A DNA stretch of 64,000 bases. It comes from Alphaproteobacteria bacterium. Lineage in GTDB: Bacteria; Pseudomonadota; Alphaproteobacteria; SP197. Positions 58,956 to 64,000 of this stretch are shown piece after piece. Position 1 is the first letter of the stretch; each line of letters starts with the position of its first letter. The position numbers and the translations under genes were made by a program. The stretch is from contig OZ219747.1 in assembly GCA_964291265.2 (NCBI GenBank), forward strand, positions 1,792,001 to 1,856,000. The letters are read 5' to 3'. A model generated the notes under the pieces. The model saw only the letters and a program-made list of their open reading frames with translations. It had not been told where the DNA came from and made no database searches.

Positions 58956-59512
58956 TGGGGTGTGGGCCCGTGGCGCTCGAGCGCACGCGCGTGCTCGCGC
59001 GTTCCGTAACCGGCATTGCGCTGCCAGCCGTAGTCCGGGAACGAGCGGGCGAGATCGGCCATGATCCCGTCCCGGGTCACCTTGGCGACGATGGACGCCG
59101 CGGCAATGGAAAGGCACACGGCGTCACCCCTCACGACAGCTGTCGCGGCACAGGCCAGCGCCGGGACCCGGTTGCCGTCGATCAGGGCGTGCGCCGGCGC
59201 CACTGGCAACGCATCCACGGCCCTCGCCATGGCGAGCATGGTGGCTTCGAGGATGTTGAGACGATCGATATCCTCGACACTGGCACTGCCGACACCCGTC
59301 AAGGCCGCATCCATCAATCGCGCCATCAAGTCATTCCGGCGCGTCGGCGAGAGCTTCTTCGAGTCATCGAGGCCGTCCGGAATTCTCCTCGGATCAAGGA
59401 TCACCGCCGCCGCGATCACCGGACCGGCCCAGCTCCCGCGGCCGGCTTCGTCGATGCCGGCGACAGGCTGCGGCAACCGTCCTTCCCGGTCGAAGTCAGG
59501 AACCGGGCTCAT
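58907..59512 (-). CDS. rnhB: ribonuclease HII
   Basis: GIDEAGRG, DDSKKL, LIDGN, SIAAASIVAKVTRD, GYGT..H, HRRSF. Confidence 0.95.
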   Translation of the reverse strand: MSPVPDFDREGRLPQPVAGIDEAGRGSWAGPVIAAAVILDPRRIPDGLDDSKKLSPTRRNDLMARLMDAALTGVGSASVEDIDRLNILEATMLAMARAVDALPVAPAHALIDGNRVPALACAATAVVRGDAVCLSIAAASIVAKVTRDGIMADLARSFPDYGWQRNAGYGTREHARALERHGPTPHHRRSFAPVSRLVAST

Positions 59513-60815
59513 CGGACCTCTTGTCCTGGAGTGCCGGAGAACGCCTGCGGCGACGCACGGCAGCTTGCGTCCTGCGCACCCAGCCCAAGCCGCGGTCCGC
59601 GCTGACGGCGGCCAGGGGATAGAGCCGCTCCATGAGTTCGCGCAGTGTCTCGGCGTTGGAGGCGAGAGACTGGATCCTGCGGGCGCTGTTGAGCCACACC
59701 GGCGAGATGATGAGGCTGAGCGCGATGACGGCGATGAACAGGCGGTACCCCTCCTGATCGACGGCCCCCGTCGACAGGCCAAGCGCCATCAGGACGAAGG
59801 AGAATTCCCCGACCTGTCCCAGGGCGACACCGCCCAGCCACGCGCGTGGCCAGGGCTCCTTCAGGAGCCTCAGGATGCCGACGTTCATCGCCGTCTTGCC
59901 CAGGGTCACGAGAAGAAGCATGAGGAAGATGGCCTCGAGGTTCTCGAGGATGAACTTCACGTCGATGAGCAGGCCGATCGACAGGAAGAACACCATGAGC
60001 AGCACGCCCTGGAGGGGCAGGGTGACGTGCAGAAGGGTGGCCCGGTCCGTGCTGGCGCCGAGCACCAGACCGGCAAGGAAGGCGCCATAGGCCGTCGAAA
60101 TGCCGAACAGACCGCTGATCGCGGCCGCCCCGAAGCACAAGGCCATCACGCCGACGGCAATGAGGTCCGCCTGCCCGCGGGCCAGGGCCTCGACGGGAAA
60201 GTTGATGCCGCGCCCGCGGGCGAGGAACCACAGAAGGAGAAGAAGGATCAGGACAGACCCGATCACCGGCATGACGGAGTTGAACGTGATGTCTTCCTCC
60301 GTGCCGATGGCCGATACGAACAGCATCATCGGGATGAACGCCAGATCCTGGGCGATGAGAATTCCAATGGCCCTCCGGCCGGTCTCGCTGTCGATCTCGC
60401 CGACATCCTCGAGGAGCTTGATGGTGACGGCGGTGGACGACAGCGCCACGCCGAATCCGACCAGAACGCTGAGTTCCCACGGCCATCCCAGTGGCCAAGA
60501 GCAGAGCAGGATGACCGCCGTCGCGATGGCGACCTGCAGGCCGGTGACGACGAAGGAGAACCGGATGACGGAGCGGAAATTCGAGACATCGAGTTCCATG
60601 CCGATGCTGAACAGGAGAAGCAGCACGCCGAGTTCGGCGAGGATGTTGATCTGTTCGCGATCCTCGACGAACCCCATCACCGAGGGGCCGAGAACGACAC
60701 CGGCGAGGATGTAGCCGACAATGGCCGGTTGGCGGAATCGTCCCAGCAACAGACCACAGACGAGTGCGACGGTCACGACGATCGTGATGTCGGTCAACTG
60801 GTCTCCATGATCCAT
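59496..60815 (-). CDS. CPA2-family cation:proton antiporter (no KTN domain)
   Basis: AELGVLLLLFSIGMEL, LSSTAV, ILIAQD, FFLSIG, QVGEFSFV. Confidence 0.9.
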   Translation of the reverse strand: MDHGDQLTDITIVVTVALVCGLLLGRFRQPAIVGYILAGVVLGPSVMGFVEDREQINILAELGVLLLLFSIGMELDVSNFRSVIRFSFVVTGLQVAIATAVILLCSWPLGWPWELSVLVGFGVALSSTAVTIKLLEDVGEIDSETGRRAIGILIAQDLAFIPMMLFVSAIGTEEDITFNSVMPVIGSVLILLLLLWFLARGRGINFPVEALARGQADLIAVGVMALCFGAAAISGLFGISTAYGAFLAGLVLGASTDRATLLHVTLPLQGVLLMVFFLSIGLLIDVKFILENLEAIFLMLLLVTLGKTAMNVGILRLLKEPWPRAWLGGVALGQVGEFSFVLMALGLSTGAVDQEGYRLFIAVIALSLIISPVWLNSARRIQSLASNAETLRELMERLYPLAAVSADRGLGWVRRTQAAVRRRRRSPALQDKRSDEPGS

Positions 60816-60876
60816 GGCTCGACTCTACCACGTGACGGACGGCCGGTCAGCCGGGACAACCGCGCTTCGACCGGCC

Positions 60877-61947
60877 TCAGAAGAGCGAGGCCTGGCGGGG
60901 ATCGGCGGATGGGTGAACGAACTGTGTCGTGTCGAGGGACCAGGAGCGGCGATCGAGACCGTATCGTTGGCGCGCCATGGAAATCCTGCGTGACACGAGA
61001 TCCGCAACCGGACCGGTTCCCGTCATTCTCATGCCCCATCCGGAATCGTAGTCCCTGCCGCCGCGGCACTGCCTGATGAGCGTCATGACCCGCCTTGCTC
61101 GGCCTGACTCGTGGGTCATCAGCCATTCCTGGAACAGCTCCCGGATCTCGAGCGGCAGGCGCAACAGGACATGGCTGGCGCTTGTCGCACCGGCGGCGGC
61201 GGCGTCCCTGATGATGTTCTCGATTTCGTGGTCATTCAGTCCCGGGATGACCGGCGCCACCATGACACCGGTGGGAATCCCCACCGCACTCAGGCTTTCG
61301 ATGGCCCTGAGGCGCACCAGGGGCGTGGGTGCGCGGGGTTCCATGCGCCTTGCAAGGGCGCGGTCGAGCGTCGTGATGGAGATGAAGACGCGGACGAGAT
61401 TCATTCCGGCCATGGGAGCCAGCAGATCGAGATCCCGCTCGATGAGGGACGATTTGGTGACGATGCCGCACGGATGCCGACATTCGCTCAAGACCTCGAG
61501 AATCTGGCGCGTGATGCGGTAGCGGCGCTCGATCGGCTGGTAGGGATCCGTGTTGCTGCCAAGGGACATGACCTTCGGCCGGTAGGAAGGGCGTGCGAGG
61601 TGTCGGCGCAACAGGACGGCAGCGTCCGGCTTCATCACGAGTTTCGTTTCGAAGTCAAGGCCGGGAGACAGACCGAGCCAGGCATGGGACGGGCGCGCAT
61701 AGCAGTAGATGCAGCCGTGCTCGCATCCACGATAGGGATTGATCGAATGCTCGAAGGGGATATCCGGCGACGTGTTGCGGGTGATGATGCTGCGGCTCGA
61801 ATCGACGGCCACCTCGGTGCGCAGGGGGGGGAGGTCCTCCTCGACGGTGTTCCAGCCGTCATCGAACGCTTCGCGCTGCAGGGTCTCGAAGCGACCGCTC
61901 CGGTTGGTCACGGCCGCACGGCCCCTGTGCTGGCGGATATCGGACAT
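60877..61947 (-). CDS. PA0069/Rv2578c-family radical SAM protein
   Basis: SINPYRGCEHGCIYCYARP, NTDPYQPIE, APVIPGLNDHE. Confidence 0.92.
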   Translation of the reverse strand: MSDIRQHRGRAAVTNRSGRFETLQREAFDDGWNTVEEDLPPLRTEVAVDSSRSIITRNTSPDIPFEHSINPYRGCEHGCIYCYARPSHAWLGLSPGLDFETKLVMKPDAAVLLRRHLARPSYRPKVMSLGSNTDPYQPIERRYRITRQILEVLSECRHPCGIVTKSSLIERDLDLLAPMAGMNLVRVFISITTLDRALARRMEPRAPTPLVRLRAIESLSAVGIPTGVMVAPVIPGLNDHEIENIIRDAAAAGATSASHVLLRLPLEIRELFQEWLMTHESGRARRVMTLIRQCRGGRDYDSGWGMRMTGTGPVADLVSRRISMARQRYGLDRRSWSLDTTQFVHPSADPRQASLF

Positions 61948-62010
61948 GTCAGAACAATACCAGAACACGCAGGATCCCGGCAACCCCCCGATTGCGCTAT
62001 GATGACGCGG

Positions 62011-62691
62011 ATGAAGAAGCTGTCCGTCATCATTCCCACTCTCGACGCCGCATCCGGTCTGGGAGACGTCATGGACCGGCTGAACCGCGGCGGCGACGTT
62101 CCGGGCGAGATCATCGTCGTCGACGGGGGGTCGGCTGACACGACGACCGACATTGCGCGATCGAGGGGCGCGACAGTGATGTCGGCACAGCGCGGCCGCG
62201 GCATCCAGATGGCGGCGGGCGCCGCCGCGGCACAGGGCGACTGGTTGCTGTTTCTTCATGCCGACACGGTTCCCGGACCCGCCTGGCGAGGGGTTGTTGC
62301 GGACCTGATGACCAGTCCTGACGGCGGTCGGCGAGCCGGTGTGTTTCGCCTTCGTCTCGACGATCCGGCGCCGTGGGCCCGGTGCATCGAGCGGTGTGCC
62401 CGCTTGAGAGGCCGTCTCCTGGGGCTGCCCTATGGCGATCAGGGACTGCTCATCTCCGCGGGCTTCTACGAGTCACTGGGCGGATTCAGGCCCATGGTGA
62501 TCATGGAGGACGTCGACATGGTGCGGCGCATCGGCCGCCGTCGGCTTGTCATCCTGGAGTGCGATGCACACACCAGCGCCGTCCGCTACCGCCGGTCCGG
62601 ATACGGCATCCGCGTGATGAGGAACGTCTTCTGTCTTGCCTGCTATTTCTGTGGTGTGCCGCTGTCGCTGATTGCCAGGATGTACGGATGA
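62011..62691 (+). CDS. GT2 glycosyltransferase (TIGR04283 family)
   Basis: LSVIIPTL, VVDGGS, LFLHADT, PYGDQGL, MEDV. Confidence 0.9.
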   Translation: MKKLSVIIPTLDAASGLGDVMDRLNRGGDVPGEIIVVDGGSADTTTDIARSRGATVMSAQRGRGIQMAAGAAAAQGDWLLFLHADTVPGPAWRGVVADLMTSPDGGRRAGVFRLRLDDPAPWARCIERCARLRGRLLGLPYGDQGLLISAGFYESLGGFRPMVIMEDVDMVRRIGRRRLVILECDAHTSAVRYRRSGYGIRVMRNVFCLACYFCGVPLSLIARMYG

Positions 62692-63290
62692 AGGCGACGC
62701 GCAGCGTTGTCGTGATGGCTCGCCCGGCGGTCGCCGGCGAGGTCAAGACCCGACTGGCCGAGGCCTGTGGCCACCGCTTCGCCCTTGCTCTCTACAGGCT
62801 CATGCTCCGGCGTACGCTCCGGCGCGTGGCCGGAGGGCCCTGGATGACCGTGGTCGCGGTGGCATCCTCGGCAGGAGAACGGCGTCGGCACCGGTTTGGT
62901 GGTCTCGCGACGATAGCCCAGTCCGGTCGTGATCTTGGCGAGAGGATGCACAACGCCCTTGCCGCCATGCCTCCCGGGCCTGTCGTGATGGTCGGCACGG
63001 ACATTCCCGGGCTGCAGCGCCGGCATGTCAGCCGCGCCTTCAGGTCCCTTCGTCGTCATGAGGCGGTCTTCGGGCCGGCGCACGATGGCGGATACTGGCT
63101 GGTCGGGCTGGCTCCAGAACTGCGCGAAGCCGGGATCTTCTCGCCGGTTCGCTGGTCCTCGCGCCATGCCTTGGCCGACACGCTGGAGAACATTCCGGCG
63201 ATGTGCACCACGGCCCTGATCGGGACCCTGGGGGATGTCGACACAATCGAGGATGTCGAGCGGTGGTTTCCCGGACTGCATCCACCGTGA
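62688..63290 (+). CDS. DUF2064/TIGR04282-family glycosyltransferase-like protein
   Basis: P..G.VKTRLA, Q.G.DLGERM, VGTDIP, GPAHDGGYWLVG, DVD; ATGA overlap. Confidence 0.88.
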   Translation: MKATRSVVVMARPAVAGEVKTRLAEACGHRFALALYRLMLRRTLRRVAGGPWMTVVAVASSAGERRRHRFGGLATIAQSGRDLGERMHNALAAMPPGPVVMVGTDIPGLQRRHVSRAFRSLRRHEAVFGPAHDGGYWLVGLAPELREAGIFSPVRWSSRHALADTLENIPAMCTTALIGTLGDVDTIEDVERWFPGLHPP

Positions 63291-63414
63291 TTCGGTTGTT
63301 GAGCACCGCTGGCCTGATTGCGTAGAGTCATGACGCGCCCCCGGTTGCGTCTCGCGAGAAGGGGCTAGTTGGACCCAACGCTCCGATTGCGGGCAGACAT
63401 CAAGGAGGATTCCC

Positions 63415-64000
63415 ATGATTCCAGCGAGAATGACAGGCGCCATTGCCGGCGCCGCTATGGCCCTTGCCTTCGCCGCTCCGGCGTTGGCCGAGCACGGCGA
63501 TACCGTGACAGTGGCGTATTTCCTCGAGTGGCCGACCGCCAACCAGGTGGCCCAGGTCGAGAAGACCTACGACGAAGCGATGGGGGTCGATGTCGAATGG
63601 CGCGCCTTCGGCAACGGCAACGAGATGACCCAGGCCATGGTTTCCGGTGACGTGCAGATCGCCTACAGCCAGGGTTTTGTCCCGTTTGTGGTCGGTGTCT
63701 CCAACGGCGCTCCGCTGAAACTGGTGGGGATTGCCGTGACCTATGCCGAGAACGATCTGTGCATCATCCGCGAGGATGCCGGCATCACCCAGGAGAATGC
63801 CTCCGAACTCGAGGGCATGAAGGTGGCGACGCCCATCGGCAATGTCACCCACTACAAGCTGCTGCGTACCCTTGAACATCTCGGCGTGGATGCATCGAAG
63901 GTCGAACTGGTGCAGATGAATCCGGCCGATGCCGCCATTGCCCTGATCCGTGGCGACGTCGTCATGGGTTGCGCCTTCGGCGGCGCCATCGGGCGCATGA
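63415..64000 (+). CDS. taurine/sulfonate-type ABC substrate-binding protein (partial)
   Basis: AAGGAGG RBS; signal peptide; VAYFLEWPTANQ, VEWRAF..G..M..AM.SGDVQIAYSQG; open to window end. Confidence 0.8.
   Translation, partial: MIPARMTGAIAGAAMALAFAAPALAEHGDTVTVAYFLEWPTANQVAQVEKTYDEAMGVDVEWRAFGNGNEMTQAMVSGDVQIAYSQGFVPFVVGVSNGAPLKLVGIAVTYAENDLCIIREDAGITQENASELEGMKVATPIGNVTHYKLLRTLEHLGVDASKVELVQMNPADAAIALIRGDVVMGCAFGGAIGRM

Noticed and set aside
62011-63290. Arsenosugar biosynthesis cluster
   Set aside because: TIGR04283/04282-type genes are widespread; no arsM/arsS is present, and the adjacent radical SAM is PA0069-type

Overview
High-GC alphaproteobacterial (probably Rhodospirillales-like) chromosome segment. 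It has two housekeeping flanks. The left flank (1-15.5 kb) carries pntAB, a polyamine/amine ABC-GS-like-BVMO operon and fdx-mnmA. The right flank (57.3-64 kb) carries tRNA-Met, dciA, mutY, rnhB, a CPA2 antiporter, a radical SAM enzyme, two glycosyltransferases and a taurine-type SBP. Between them lies a ~42-kb eroding accessory region containing: a T1SS with two RTX proteins; an RpoE-ChrR / furan-fatty-acid locus with two back-to-back sigmaE promoters; IS1634 and ISAzo13 elements; an RND pump; P450 plus sulfotransferase; a Rieske/double-EctC cluster; and many TA, relaxase and IS remnants. The top candidate novelty is an intact ~830-aa fusion of an AlkB-type membrane di-iron hydroxylase to a degenerate GlnE adenylyltransferase half, upstream of an RND pump and divergent from P450 plus sulfotransferase. 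Also notable are an orphan RpnS-like antitoxin, a three-copy structured ~90-bp repeat, an XRE-ImmA/PIN module, absence of ccrM from its usual rnhB-mutY position, and a dciA gene ending inside tRNA-Met. All calls come from motif recognition by eye; no searches were run.
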